A DNA stretch of 64,000 bases, taken from Octopus sinensis (Eukaryota). Of the stretch, positions 22,760 to 34,899 are shown one piece after another. The notes beneath the pieces were generated by a model. The model did not search any database and was not told where the DNA came from. It was given only the letters and a program-made list of their open reading frames with translations. The stretch's first letter is position 1; every line of letters begins with the position of its first letter. Position numbers and translations under genes: made by a program. The DNA lies in assembly GCF_006345805.1 (NCBI RefSeq), contig NC_043008.1, positions 23,436,001-23,500,000 on the forward strand, read 5' to 3'.

Positions 22760-25700
22760 CTTCAATAGGCCGACCTAAGCCGACTTCAATGAAGGCCGAC
22801 CTAAGCCAGGAGATCCAGCGAGCCATCACCAACCATCTATGCAAATCACAAGGACCACTCACCCATTACCAACTTCCCCTACCTCGACATTCCTGTTAAA
22901 TGTACGTGGCATCAACCCATCAATTATTGCCCAAAAATGGAAGATCCCATATATAGAGAGTTGGCTTGCTGAAATGGCACATTGCTTCCCTTTCTTTATC
23001 CTTACCGAGACTCACCTGAACAACACCCATATGGACGCAGAGGTGAAAATAAAAGATTTCACCATTGTTCGTGCGGATCGCACAGACCGAAATAAGGGAG
23101 GGACAGCCATCTTTATCCATGACTCCTTTTCACTTGATGCCAAGGACACATTTTCCAATGGCTACTGTGAATCGGTATCAGTATACAACAAAGCCAAGGA
23201 CATAACCATTGTTGGTCTTTACAGGCCTCCACAGGCACCTCTAAAGTACTTTGAAGAGTGCCTTAGCAAAGTCAAGTCCTTCCTTCGGAAGTACCACTCC
23301 GGAAACATAATAGTGATGGGTGATTTTAACCTCCCTCATGTGAACTGGCCCACAAATACTCCGAAGTTGGGCAAGTGCTCTACATCAGATAGGGCAGCAG
23401 CAGAACTGCTCTTTAATCTGATGGATGAGTATTTCCTGACTCAGCTAGTGCTTGAACCAACGAGACAGAATAAAACGATCTTGGATCTGGTACTGACCAA
23501 TCACTCTAGCTACGTTCACAGCATTTCAGTCGAAAAAACTCTCCTCTCAGACCACGACATGGTACTCTGCAATCTTAATTCCCGACGTATAAAAACCAAA
23601 CCAGCCAATCCCACTCCATGGCACCCATTTGACAACATAAATTTCCACAAAGCGGACTGGGGAACAATCAGAAAGGATCTGTCTTCCATCGACTGGTCTT
23701 TTACTCTCAATTCCCCTCATATTGAGACCGCGTGGCAGCACTTTGAAACCATTGTCACCGACACATGCTCTAAACACGCTCCCAAGAAATCTACTAACAC
23801 AAACAGAAACCGGCTCCCTAAAAAGAAAAAAACACTCTTCAGGCGCATCAAAAGACTCAACAAAAAAATCAACCAATTAAAATATTCCCACACGCAACAT
23901 CCACATTCAACAATAATGAAAAGACTAGAGCTGGAAAAACTTCATCTGCAGACTAACATGAAAACCTCCATTGAAAATCAAAGAGCTGTGGAGGAACAAT
24001 GGGTAATCAAAAACATCAAACAGAACCCAAAAGTGTTCTATTCTTATGCAAATAAGCATAGAACCACTGTCTCACCTATTGGGCCATTGATTGATGAAAA
24101 CGGCATTCCCCAACACGATGCTAAAGAAATGGCAGAAATACTGCAGAAACAATATTGCTCTGTCTTCAGTGTTCCCACTGATATTGTTGTGAGGGAAACG
24201 AACGAAGCTGACTCCCAACACAAAATCGCAGACATAACCTTCACTGCCACCGACATCGTAGCAGCAATAAATGAGGTCAAACATTACTCCGCTGTAGGCC
24301 CTGATAGATTTCCCGCCAGTCTCCTGAAGGAATGTAGATATCAACTTGCAGTCCCTCTGATCAACCTCTGGAGAAACTCGTTAGACGCAGGTTATATACC
24401 GAAAAAGTTTCTATCCCAGTCGGTCATCCCGGTTTTCAAACAGGGAAACAGATCCCTCGCAGTCAACTATCGCCCAATCTCACTCACCTCCCACATCATT
24501 AAAGTGTTTGAAAGAGTGTTAAGATCAAGGATAGCTGACTTCCTGGAGACCCACAAACTCCTAAATTCAAATCAACATGGCTTTCGCTGTGGCAGGGACT
24601 GTCTAACACAGCTCTTACACCACATTGAAGATGTACTCAAAGCCTTGGGAACAGGTTCGAACTCTGACGTCATATACCTTGACTTCAGTAAAGCGTTCGA
24701 CAGGGTAGACCATAACATCCTACTCTCAAAATTGGCAAATGTTGGAATCCGTGGAAAAGTTCTACACTGGATTCAGTATTTCCTAGCGAATAGAACACAA
24801 CATGTTGTAGTTGATGGAGTCCACTCAAACCCAGCAAAAGTCACCAGCGGTGTTCCCCAGGGAACTGTTTTGGGTCCGCTACTCTTCATAATTTATGTAA
24901 ACGACCTTTCCAGTGTCGTACATCACTGCAAAGTGAAAATATTCGCTGATGACACTAAGCTCCAGCAAATCGTCAATGAAGAAGCAGACCGAACTCAACT
25001 CCAGTCTGACCTATATGCTGTGAGTCAATGGGCAGACAGAAACAAAATGCAACTGAATGAGGGAAAATTTGAGCTGATGCATTTTGGAAGAAATTCCTCA
25101 CTAAAGCAACCATACTCTCTTCCTTCAGGGGAACCGCTCACAGCCTCTAACAATATCAGAGACCTGGGTGTAATTGTTGATGACGATCTCAGTTGGAGCG
25201 CACACATCAACAAGAAGGTCGATACAGCTCGTAGGATGAGTTCCTGGATCTTAAGAACTTTCCGGTCCAGAGAACAAGGTGTCATCATACCACTTTTTTC
25301 ATCCTTTGTACGGCCACACCTTGAATACTGCTGCCCACTGTGGTCTCCTCACACAAGACAAAACATCTCCAGAATTGAGTCACCCCAGAGGGCTCTCACT
25401 AAACAAATTGAAGGCATGGCTGCTCTCGACTATTGGGATCGCCTTAAAGCCTTGAAACTTTACTCCCTCCAGCGTCGCCGTGAGCGGTACATCATTTGTA
25501 CGATGTGGAAAATATACCGCCAACTTTGCCCAAACGACCTAAACATTAGCTTCAAGGTTCATCCGAGACTTGGACCACGGGCTATACGTCCCCTGCCAAA
25601 TTCAAGATCACAACATACATGTACACTGCAACATAATTTCCTTTCCTCAACAGGCCCTGCCCTATTTAACATTGTCCCGAGGGAGATCAAAGAGGAAAAG

Positions 25701-25966
25701 GATCCCATCAACTTCAAACAGAGTCTGGATAGATTCCTTCAAAGAATACCAGACAAGCCACCCATAATTGGATACAACTCACCCAACAAGAACTCACTAC
25801 TTGAACAAAACTGGATACAACTCACCCAACAAGAACTCACTACTTGAACAAAACTTGACTTAAACAGGATTCGAATAATCCTATCAGGTGGTGCTATTAA
25901 GTTAGACATGGCCTGGACCAATCTCTGGTCGAAACATATCTAAGTTTTATCTAAGTTTTTATCTAA
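22760..25966 (+). mobile_element. CR1-group LINE, 5'-truncated in ORF1, with intact ORF2 and 3' tail
   Basis: End of ORF1 overlaps the ORF2 start (22770-22899). 3' UTR hairpins GGATT-cgaat-AATCC and GACCA-atctc-TGGTC, then a (TATCTAAGTTT)n-like tail. No TSD found. Confidence 0.88.
22839..25847 (+). CDS. LINE ORF2: APE endonuclease plus reverse transcriptase, 1002 aa, uninterrupted
   Basis: APE motifs LLNVRG, LTETHL, GLYRPP, GDFNLP, LDLVLTN and SDHD. RT motifs YRPISLTS, QHGFR, LDFSKAFDRV, GVPQGTVLGP, FADDTK and RDLGV. CR1-type C-terminus RPHLEYC..YSLQRRRER. Confidence 0.96.
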   Translation: MQITRTTHPLPTSPTSTFLLNVRGINPSIIAQKWKIPYIESWLAEMAHCFPFFILTETHLNNTHMDAEVKIKDFTIVRADRTDRNKGGTAIFIHDSFSLDAKDTFSNGYCESVSVYNKAKDITIVGLYRPPQAPLKYFEECLSKVKSFLRKYHSGNIIVMGDFNLPHVNWPTNTPKLGKCSTSDRAAAELLFNLMDEYFLTQLVLEPTRQNKTILDLVLTNHSSYVHSISVEKTLLSDHDMVLCNLNSRRIKTKPANPTPWHPFDNINFHKADWGTIRKDLSSIDWSFTLNSPHIETAWQHFETIVTDTCSKHAPKKSTNTNRNRLPKKKKTLFRRIKRLNKKINQLKYSHTQHPHSTIMKRLELEKLHLQTNMKTSIENQRAVEEQWVIKNIKQNPKVFYSYANKHRTTVSPIGPLIDENGIPQHDAKEMAEILQKQYCSVFSVPTDIVVRETNEADSQHKIADITFTATDIVAAINEVKHYSAVGPDRFPASLLKECRYQLAVPLINLWRNSLDAGYIPKKFLSQSVIPVFKQGNRSLAVNYRPISLTSHIIKVFERVLRSRIADFLETHKLLNSNQHGFRCGRDCLTQLLHHIEDVLKALGTGSNSDVIYLDFSKAFDRVDHNILLSKLANVGIRGKVLHWIQYFLANRTQHVVVDGVHSNPAKVTSGVPQGTVLGPLLFIIYVNDLSSVVHHCKVKIFADDTKLQQIVNEEADRTQLQSDLYAVSQWADRNKMQLNEGKFELMHFGRNSSLKQPYSLPSGEPLTASNNIRDLGVIVDDDLSWSAHINKKVDTARRMSSWILRTFRSREQGVIIPLFSSFVRPHLEYCCPLWSPHTRQNISRIESPQRALTKQIEGMAALDYWDRLKALKLYSLQRRRERYIICTMWKIYRQLCPNDLNISFKVHPRLGPRAIRPLPNSRSQHTCTLQHNFLSSTGPALFNIVPREIKEEKDPINFKQSLDRFLQRIPDKPPIIGYNSPNKNSLLEQNWIQLTQQELTT

Positions 25967-27002
25967 TATAGCCTTCAACCATGAAAGCATCCTATCAAAG
26001 TTGCTCACTTATCTCAGGTCAAGGGTTCCCTCTCAGAGTTTTCTAATGCAGTGGGGGATACTCTCTATCATTCATTTCATCAACTCTGCTACACTCAATT
26101 GTTACATCTCTAACATTGTTTCTTTTGTTCATTAATTATATTCTTGTCACATCTATGTATACTCCTCAACACTTTGCATGCAAGTCAACACTCTGATAAC
26201 CTAAACAGCTTACTCCAAATATACACTAAAGGGAGATCTAGTAGTCATCTTCCATTCAGAATAGGGCCAGCTTGTCCCATTCAATAACATCCAGATGCAG
26301 CCAGCAAATATAGTAAGGAAACTTATTTGTAATACTTTCTCTATTATACAGCCCAACTAAAATTTCAGAAATTTTATCAATGCTAGGCTTCATAATCTAT
26401 AGCATTCCCAAACCAGCATCCCAAAGTCTAGGCATCCTGTGTTGCACCAAAAGATACTTCAATACTGGTGAAGCTGAAACTCTACAAAACTCAAGTTTGA
26501 CACACATATGATAGTGCTGCTACACAGCTAAATAACTTAGGAAACTTCTAAACATGACAATTCATTTGATTTGCAAAGATTCCATCAATAGCTCAATACT
26601 GTCATTTGATCACAGTTGTGTTGTTTCCTTTTGCTATTTGTTTTACTGTTTTATGATGGTATCTGATTCTGAAAATAAGAAAACTGCATACTACTTCCAC
26701 CCAAAGACAACTGATGTACATATGTCACCACTTACCTTCTCTACTTTACTTCATTTGCCAATTCCTGCAATAGATATGCTGCTAATCAATTCTCTGCAGT
26801 TTATTTCCACTGGCACTCTCATTGGTGACAATATGGAGAAGTTTAATTTGAACGTCACGTCAATCACCTATGCTGAACTAGGTTATCCTGCAAATGTCAA
26901 GGGCACTACCCTCCACCTTTCACTTAATGATATAGAAAAGAAATTAACTACATCTATCCCTTTACAGATCATTGGCTTTGTGCCGGCATTTCTTCTGGCT
27001 TT

Positions 27003-27105
27003 AGGTTCTGAGTTCAAATGCCACTGAGGTCAACTTTGCCTTTCATCCCTTAGGGTCAATAAAATAAGTAATTGTTGGGCACTGGGGTCAACATAATTGA
27101 TTAGC
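27003..27105 (+). mobile_element. Old fragment of SINE family C (B-box plus Meta-like domain)
   Basis: GAGTTCAAATGCCACTGAGGTCAACTTTGCCTTTCATCC matches the reverse complement of the 62700-62934 SINE. Confidence 0.7.
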
Positions 27106-27109
27106 CCCC

Positions 27110-27615
27110 TTACCTAGAATATATGAAGCCCAATATACCCATCATGATTACTGTTTGACATGGGTACACCAGCCACATGCATTACAACCATATGCACGCA
27201 ACATGCTGATTTCATATCAAGATAAACAGTATGTGACTTTGCAGCTAGGTCCCTGTTAGAATTTTCTTCAGGTTAAGTAGCCCAACCAACTCAAAAGATC
27301 CCTGAATAGAAGTTGTTTAAGGATGATGAACAAAACACCCATGTTTCCAGAGGTGAATTATTCAAACCCCAAAGAATTCCTTTCAACATATGGCTATGAT
27401 GCTCCCCCACTACTCCTGTTTGTGATTAGAGATGCACACATTATTAGCCACTAAGGGACATACTCAACTGGTTAAGGTCAAGAAATTGACAAGCAAATCT
27501 GTGGTATTGAGCAGAATATCTGCTGTAGCCCATGTTTTACACCAAGACAAAAACATGTAATGATAACAATCCAATTAATTAAGATCAGAAGCCATGAGAG
27601 CCACTGATTGGTATT
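27110..27615. repeat. Repeat family A, longest and most diverged copy
   Basis: Collinear with 4520-4846 and 1-263. Confidence 0.85.
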
Positions 27616-27689
27616 GCATCAGGGCAGTTTATTACTTTGCTGGGTATGATGGAAAGTGTCAGCTGTCCACAGCCAGCAGACTGAAGTGA

Positions 27690-27905
27690 CTCTTGTTTAC
27701 TGGTCATGCTTCAAGAATCCTGCAAAAAATTCTTGCAGTTCCAATCAATACTGATTTTTGTAGATGTTATATCTTTACTATAGTACCAATGTTTTTGAGC
27801 CACGTTGGTAGTTGAGTGCTGATACTTCCAAGTGTGCTAATTACTACTGGCATCCCATCTACTCCTCTCATTGACAAACTTCATACTTCCCACTTCAAAT
27901 CATCC
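27690..27905 (-). mobile_element. RLE retrotransposon C-terminal fragment (R4/Dong-like)
   Basis: Minus strand reads MPVVISTLGSI...WLKNIG...LQKSVLIGTARIFCRIL, homologous to IPIIVGALG...QKIALQGTAHILRRTL at 405-629. Confidence 0.7.
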
Positions 27906-27914
27906 ACTCCTCCC

Positions 27915-27926
27915 ACCACCACCACC

Positions 27927-27967
<41 letters not shown>

Positions 27968-28010
27968 CACCACCACCACCACCACCACCACCACTACCAC
28001 CACCACCACC

Positions 28011-28103
<93 letters not shown>
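27915..28103. repeat. Compound (ACC)n/(ACT)n microsatellite
   Basis: Alternating CCA and CTA blocks; these explain the poly-T/P/L ORFs. Confidence 0.97.
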
Positions 28104-28106
<3 letters not shown>

Positions 28107-29362
28107 TGATGTGGTAAGTGCTAAGCTGTTTGTTATTCAAGAGATAGAAACTTGGTTTTTATTCTTTAGAAGGGTATGAATATCATATCTTCACAATTAA
28201 TCTGACACCTCTTAACTGTATATTGATGCATCATTATTAATATAATGATATTGAATAGTGACTGTAAAATATGTTCCAAGTTTATTTCTGTTTCCCAGAA
28301 TTTACTTGTGTTTTGTATTGGTTTCAGTAGTTTTGATTGTGAATTTTTCAATATTTTTTAGTATTTTTCAATTATCTTTGTTATTAAACATCGATTTCTC
28401 TTGGAAAACATTTTTTTTCCTTTCGTCATATTATTTTTCTTCTAAATGTATGTTAAGAAAGATTTTGTTTGAAAAAAATATAGAAAAAATTATGAGCATG
28501 TGAATATTGATAAAAGTTATAGGTAGACAGAAAAATATATTGTAGAAGGAAACTAAAAAAAATTATTACAAACAAATAATATTTATTGAAATCAATTGTT
28601 AGATGTTTATTTTTAAATTTAAATAATTTCAGCATGAAATGAAATATTCCAATAATAATCCATAAAATAAAAATTAGTATTTTTCAGAGCAAAGTAAACA
28701 GACATAGAATTATTCTTGGAACAAATATTCATAAGATTAAACTTTGTTTTTATCTTTTTTTAAAATTTAATTTTTTTCTCTCACTGAGTATAAATTCCAT
28801 CTTTTTGAGACACTATCAAATGATGGTCACTGCTATGAATAGCTATTCAAATAGTCATTATCATATTAAAATTTTTAACAGTCCATATGTGCTGGCAAAT
28901 TTATATAGTGGATAATACTACATATAACTGTTATAACTTTAAATCTGATTTTAATGTATTAAACTGACAGATGGAAGCATATAATATCTAAAAAAAAGAT
29001 TGAAATTCCATTATACTGAATTGATTTTAAAGCAGATAATTTTTCAGGACTGCTTTAAGCAAAGGTTACAGACTTAAAATGGTTGACTTCCATTTCAATT
29101 CGAATACCAGTGTTTTTTTTTTTTTTTATACAACCTTGATAACTTGGCATATTGAATTAGATAATATTCAAGTTGAATAACTATGGAAATTATCAAGTAC
29201 AATTTTTTTTAATAATATTTGTGGCATGATAGTTACTATGTGTGATAATGTTGATATCTGTTGTTTTAACTGCTTTATTTCTCATTAAATGTTTTTGTCA
29301 TTTAAAAAATATTGTTTTTACTCTTATTTTATTTTGATATTTTATATTCCTCATGTTCCCAG

Positions 29363-29443
29363 GAGGCCATTAACAGCATTGAAGAAATTATTGGAATAAC
29401 TGTGCTGAATGAGCAGGAGGATAAGAAAACAAAAAAGAAATGA
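29363..29443 (+). CDS. IQCH: IQCH-like gene, terminal coding exon (EAINSIEEIIGITVLNEQEDKKTKKK*)
   Basis: Acceptor TATATTCCTCATGTTCCCAG. Phase 0 matches the preceding exon. Stop TGA at 29441-29443; AATAAA near 29632 and 29738. Resembles the recalled IQCH continuation TTIADIETILRVTKENK. Confidence 0.82.
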   Translation, partial: EAINSIEEIIGITVLNEQEDKKTKKK

Positions 29444-30073
29444 AAATTAATCAGACAAGCACATTATTCTATCATGCTTAAATATTGAATATTTCTGATA
29501 CAAACTTCATTAGAAAAGAACAACATGACAAAACAAAAGAGAAAAACAAAAACAAAAGTTTATTTTAGATTCAGTTTCAGTACCTAGAGAGAAAAGAAAA
29601 GATTAGAGATAAAAAACAATTTGTACCTTAAATAAATTGGGGCTTTATATAAAATATTGATAGATTGCTACCAGAAGCATTTTGGAATATTGTGCCTTAT
29701 TTTCTTACTAATATTTTGTTACCTTTTAAAATATTAAAAATAAAGAAAATATCTATATACATGTATGCATATATTTCTTTTAATGAACTATTTCTTAATT
29801 CTCTACTCCTTTTGAAAGATTGGATAGAAGGGTGAAGACCCCCTTCTGAGTTACAAGTCCAGGCAAGTTTGTTTTGTGGAGTATCTCCAAGTATTTTCAG
29901 TCTCTGAGCACATGGCCTATTACTAATCATGACAATAGGAAAAGAGAAATCACGAGAAAAAGGTGAATTAAAAAAAAGATGAGAATTAGAGTTATGTCCC
30001 CTTTGACTGTAAAGCTATAAAGCTTGTTGGTGTAGAATCAAAGGAAAGGCTCTAAATTCAGCGATACACCTGC

Positions 30074-31340
30074 TCAATCAGGAACGGGTGGTGTTCTCCA
30101 GTTCACCAAAAGACACTTGTGCATGTGTTTGCATTTGCTGAAAATTTCCAATCTGAAATCCAGCAGTGCAGTGGAATTCCCAGATCTAAAAAGGATATGC
30201 GATCTATCAGCTTTGCATAACTTGCATCTTTTAGATCCATTAACATTTGGCATGGATTTTGCTACGATTTTCCACTTGATTACATGTGACATCGAGATGG
30301 TCTTCAAAGCTCCATATGTAGCTTTACTTTTGTCTACATGCCAGAAAGAAGATAGGTAATCAGCATAGTGTCTTTTGAAGTCACCTTGTAAGTCTTACAC
30401 CCGATGTAAGTCTTCTTTTTGGTTAGGTTATCCTGTAGCGTTGCTGTTACTTCTGCCTTATATACATTGGAGTTTATCATGCATGCCTGGTCATGTGGGC
30501 AAGCTCAAAGGTTTCAACAGTTGCAACTGGGAGTGGGCTCTTGATGGTGTCTCTGGGTAATGATGATCTTCATATTGGGGTGGCAGCTATATAATAATTT
30601 AATTAAGTATTTGTTGAAGATCTTTCTGTATTTGTTAGTTTTAATATTCAGGGAGAAGGTGGGGCGAACCAAATTATTGTCCTAGTCTATTTTTTTGATT
30701 CATATTATTACTAGAAGGGCTGTAATATATCTTATCGTTGGAGCCACTGTTAGCTAGGGCACTATTATAGTAGGGGGCAGCCTCATCAAAAATTTCTTTG
30801 GAGGAAGAAATTGGATATCCTATATTAGCTATCAGGTCTCTGAATACTATAGAGAGGCAGCAGGGTTGTTTATGTATGTAGGCTATTTTCTTGTTAGGTT
30901 TGTAGTATGGTTTATAAGCATGAGATTTTAGACCTGGCGAAACACCTAAAAATCGACTTTTGACAGATTACTAGTAACAGTGATTTTGAGACTTTATTGA
31001 CTAAAGGTAGTTTTTTCTTGGATCTCAAAGTATTTAATATAACTTGGATCTCAAAGTATTTAATATAAAAAGATTTACAAGATCACAGATGTCAGTACTG
31101 TCATACAATTCCATCGATACATCAAATCTTTAACCCATGCTGGACCCTTACTAAATAGAAGCATTTTTCTCAGATGCATGATAAAGTCTAGGTCCATCAA
31201 CATATGTTTTTGTAAACTCAGTTGCCTTATAGTGGAATAAAAATCTATAATATCAAACTGAGTAAATCTAACCCTATGTTTATCCTTTATATTCTTAAAC
31301 CATTCTATTACAGTATTACTATTATCCCATTGTTGTAGCA
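30074..31340 (-). mobile_element. Degenerate Penelope-type PLE (RT plus endonuclease C-terminus)
   Basis: NTVIEWFKNI, FTQFDIIDFYS and C-terminal IKWKIVAKS..RCKLCK..FSKCKH. Related to 62990-64000. Confidence 0.75.
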
Positions 31341-31435
31341 GAAACCATAATCAATGCAGCTGGTATAGAACAAAATGACAGAAAATATGTCAAAGTCCAC
31401 AAAACTTTGACATATTCTGGTGCAGGTGGTGGCCT

Positions 31436-31700
31436 CTAATTCATGAAAAGAAACCTGGTTATGTGTTTGTACCTGCTAAAATCTTCAGATCTGAAATTAA
31501 GTAATATGTTGAACTTCTCAGAAGAATATGAAGTTGCATTAACATATAACTTGGATTTTTCTACGATTCTCCACTTAATTGAATGTGGTGTGGAACTACT
31601 CTTCAAATTCCATATGTGGTTAACCAACTGATTTGCATTACTTTTGTCAAAGTGCTGGAAAAAGGATAGGTGCTTAATGTTTTTGAAATCACATATGCTG
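31436..31700 (-). mobile_element. Second Penelope-type endonuclease C-terminal fragment
   Basis: QLVNHIWNLK..IKWRIVEKS..LLNFRSEDFSRYKH, homologous to 30074-30307. Confidence 0.75.
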
Positions 31701-31990
31701 ATATACATATACTGATGTAATTCTGCAACCAGAGAGGATGGGGATCTAAGTTGTCTTCCTTTCTTTTCTTTCTTCTCGTTCCAATTATTGCATTAACCTA
31801 CTTTGTGTTTTTCTTCTCTTCTTTTTTCTCTCTTATTCTATCATTATCCAGCATCTCTGTTTTTAAAATATATTTAATGCATAAACAGAGTCTGAAAGAT
31901 TGCTTGGGGATGCACAGCATATCTTATAAATATGACTAGTTAAAGCATGAAATTATTAGTAGCTCTTTCGGCTGTGTATTAAGTTAATAT

Positions 31991-32047
<57 letters not shown>

Positions 32048-32104
32048 TATGTATACACACACATATACGGCAGAGGTAAATGGCATGGACTGCACCCACT
32101 TTCT

Positions 32105-32506
32105 CTTTACTCTTTTACTTGTTTCAGTCATTTGACTGCGGCCATGCTGGAGCACCGCCTTTAGTTGAGCAAATTGACCCAAGGACTTATTCTTTGTTAG
32201 CCTAGTACTTATTCTATCGGTCCCTTTTGTCGAACCGCTAAGTTACGGGGACGTAAACACACCACCGTCGGTTGTCAAACGATGTTGGGGATGGACAAAC
32301 ACAGATACACAAACACGTGCACACACACATGTATATATATATATACGATGGGCTTCTTTCAGTTTCCGTCTACCAAATCCACTCACAAGGCTTTGGTCGG
32401 CCCGAGGCTATAGTAGAAGACACCTGCCCAAGGTGCCACACAGTGGGAATGAACCTGGAAACATGTGGTTGGTAAGCAAGCTACTTACCGCACAGCCACT
32501 CCTGCT
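32105..32506 (-). mobile_element. tRNA-derived SINE family B, well-preserved copy
   Basis: GGAGTGGCTGTGCGGTAAG head, GGTTCATTCCC B-box-like motif, CCTTGGGCAGGTGTCTTCTACTATAGCC, internal CA/TA linker, and shared 3' domain. Confidence 0.9.
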
Positions 32507-33064
32507 CTAGGTTTTTTTATGTGTGTTTTTGCTACAGAAACCCACTTTTTCGTGTGGAGATTCCGAATTTGCCAAAAAAAAAAAATTTTGCATTTCAAAA
32601 TTTTAATCCCTCCACCCCCATCCCACGCCAATTTTTCACTTTTTTTAGAAATCTTTTTTTTTGCGAAATACGTAGAAAAATACAGAGATTATGAATCTGA
32701 AAAAAAAAGATTTTGTAAAATTTCAATTTTTCAAAAAAGAATAAACTCCCCTCCCTTCCTACTAAAATAGCAGATGTAAAACGTATCTAAACAGAAAACT
32801 CAACATGCTAGAAATAGCAGCTAAACGACGAATCACGTTTTCAAAATTTTAATTTCCTCCACCCCCTTTTTTTTCTTTGCCAAAGCAGTGGAGAGGGAGA
32901 AAATTAAAATTTTGAAAACGTGTTTTGTGGGTTTTCAAATTCTTCAGTTTTTAAGTATGCTCCAGCCGGAAAGTCCGGCAAGCTAGAAACAACTGCCAAA
33001 CCGAAGATCCACTTCCTAAATACGAATTACCAGAAAAGAAAAAAAAATGTTTAATGTTTTGTTG

Positions 33065-33104
<40 letters not shown>

Positions 33105-33340
33105 AAAAAATCTAATTTTTACATACCCCTCTTAATTCGAAAAGACACTCAACCACAACATGTTCACTTTTTGTCACAGATGTGCTGGCGGAGTGAAGAG
33201 GGTGTTTATTTATTTATTTTTCTCTCTAAAAATAATCAAGCAAACACAAAACTTTTGGCAGGACCACCCCATCACAAAGGAAAACAAATGGCGAAGAAAC
33301 AAAAACTGACACGAACCAAGAAAAACCTTAAAAACCCCAA

Positions 33341-33694
33341 GACTGGAACAAACTTCTAAACCAACGTAAACATGCTTATTGGAAAAGCATACGCTGTAAG
33401 AACATAGCCAACATATACCAAAACTGGCGGGACAAGAAGAGCCCAATACTCCCTAGAAAATTCCTTATCAAAGAAATAAGGGGTGAAACACTAGAACAAA
33501 CAACACTACGTGCAAACCTAGCCCTATGCCGACTAGAAACGGAAATTTCCCTTCTACAAACACAAAGTTTACACCAGGAAGATAAGATTAAAACATTTGA
33601 TACCGTCATAATGGCCGAAATAACAGAAAGTAACAATAACCAAAACAAAGAAAAACTACAACAATTATGTGGTTGTTCAAAATACGCCAATTGA
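33341..33694 (+). mobile_element. Isolated copy of the PLE-upstream helical module (open frame of 117 codons, no start codon)
   Basis: My translation is DWNKLLNQRKHAYWKSIRCKNIANIYQNWRDKKSPILPRKFLIKEIRGETLEQTTLRANLALCRLETEISLL.... It aligns by eye with the 18370-18789 minus-strand peptide. Confidence 0.7.
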
Positions 33695-34429
33695 TTCACT
33701 CATTCCTTTTAGTGTTAAACATTATTTGCTCAAAAGACAACTGACAGCTTGATAAATGGCGGAATGAATTATTATTTCGAGCAGAAAACCCTGGGTAGCT
33801 ACAATTGCGAGATTTGTGGCTTCTAATTTAAGATGATATATGTATGTGTATGGATAAAACAAGTTAAAATGCTAAAGTAATTTTATAAAGAACATTTCAG
33901 TACCGGTTTCAGTCATTTTGAGACCTTTTCAACTGTAACGATTAAATAATTAAATTTAGAAAAATTAAAAGAAAAGTTTTTTTAAAAGAATATTTGTATA
34001 GTGTTCAAATATAAGTGGCATTTTCCTTGTTTCTGCCTTTCTCTGTCTCTCTTGGTTACTCTTGTGGGTTCAAGGTCCATGTGAATTCTTGGTAGGGAAG
34101 GAGGGGGAGGGGGAGATGGGAGGAAGAATTTGGGATTGCCTTGATTGTCGTTGGTTAGTGGTGGCTAGCAGTTCCTGCAGTTCAATTCATGAAAATATTT
34201 CTATTGAAAGGTTTGTTTATAGAATTTGCTAGGTGTTATACTAAAAAGCATTAGTGATAAAGTTAGGAAGAATAGGGGGGAGAAGAAGAAGAAGAAGGGA
34301 GAATATGAATGCGTGGAAGTAGTGGGATGTTGGATGACTTATAGTTGGCATGTTGTGTGTTATAGCTGTGATTGGGCTGATTTTTAATGGATTCTTAAGA
34401 AAGTAATATTTGCGTGTGTATTTGTGTTA

Positions 34430-34860
34430 TTCTAAAGCTGAGGTGGATATATCGTTTGTCGTAGATGCGTTCAGAAGGGGCCTATATTTTGTAATAAAGA
34501 GAGTTCCTTTACTTATTCGTTGGCTCGAGGTTGTATCGTCCCTGAATTGGTAGAGGGGGAAAATCCTGAAACTTGGAGTTTTGTTGTTGGCGCAAATATC
34601 TATGTGTTGGCTGAATGCTATTTTTCTGTTTTGGGGAATTTTTATCTGGGATCTGTGCAGGGCCATTCTTTTATGTAAACTATTTTTTGTTTGGCCTATG
34701 TATTGCTCTTGACACCCAGAGCAGGTTAGTGTGTATATCAGGTTCTCCGAAGCACATATGAAGCTGCTTTTCACTGTGAACCGTTGTCCCTGTTTGAAGG
34801 AGAACTTTGATCCCTCAATTAGATAATCGCATATCCCGCAATTGGGTCTTCCACATTTTT
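34430..34860 (-). mobile_element. Neptune-type PLE linker plus GIY-YIG endonuclease fragment
   Basis: KCGRPNCGICDYL..FICASENLIYTLTCSGCQEQYIGQT..RMALH. Confidence 0.88.
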
Positions 34861-34899
34861 TTACTGCCTTTGAGTATACGAAAGCAGAGATCGCAAAAG

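Noticed and set aside
26554-27027. 157-aa plus-strand ORF
   Set aside because: No recognisable motif, and its end runs into a SINE fragment; likely a chance ORF.
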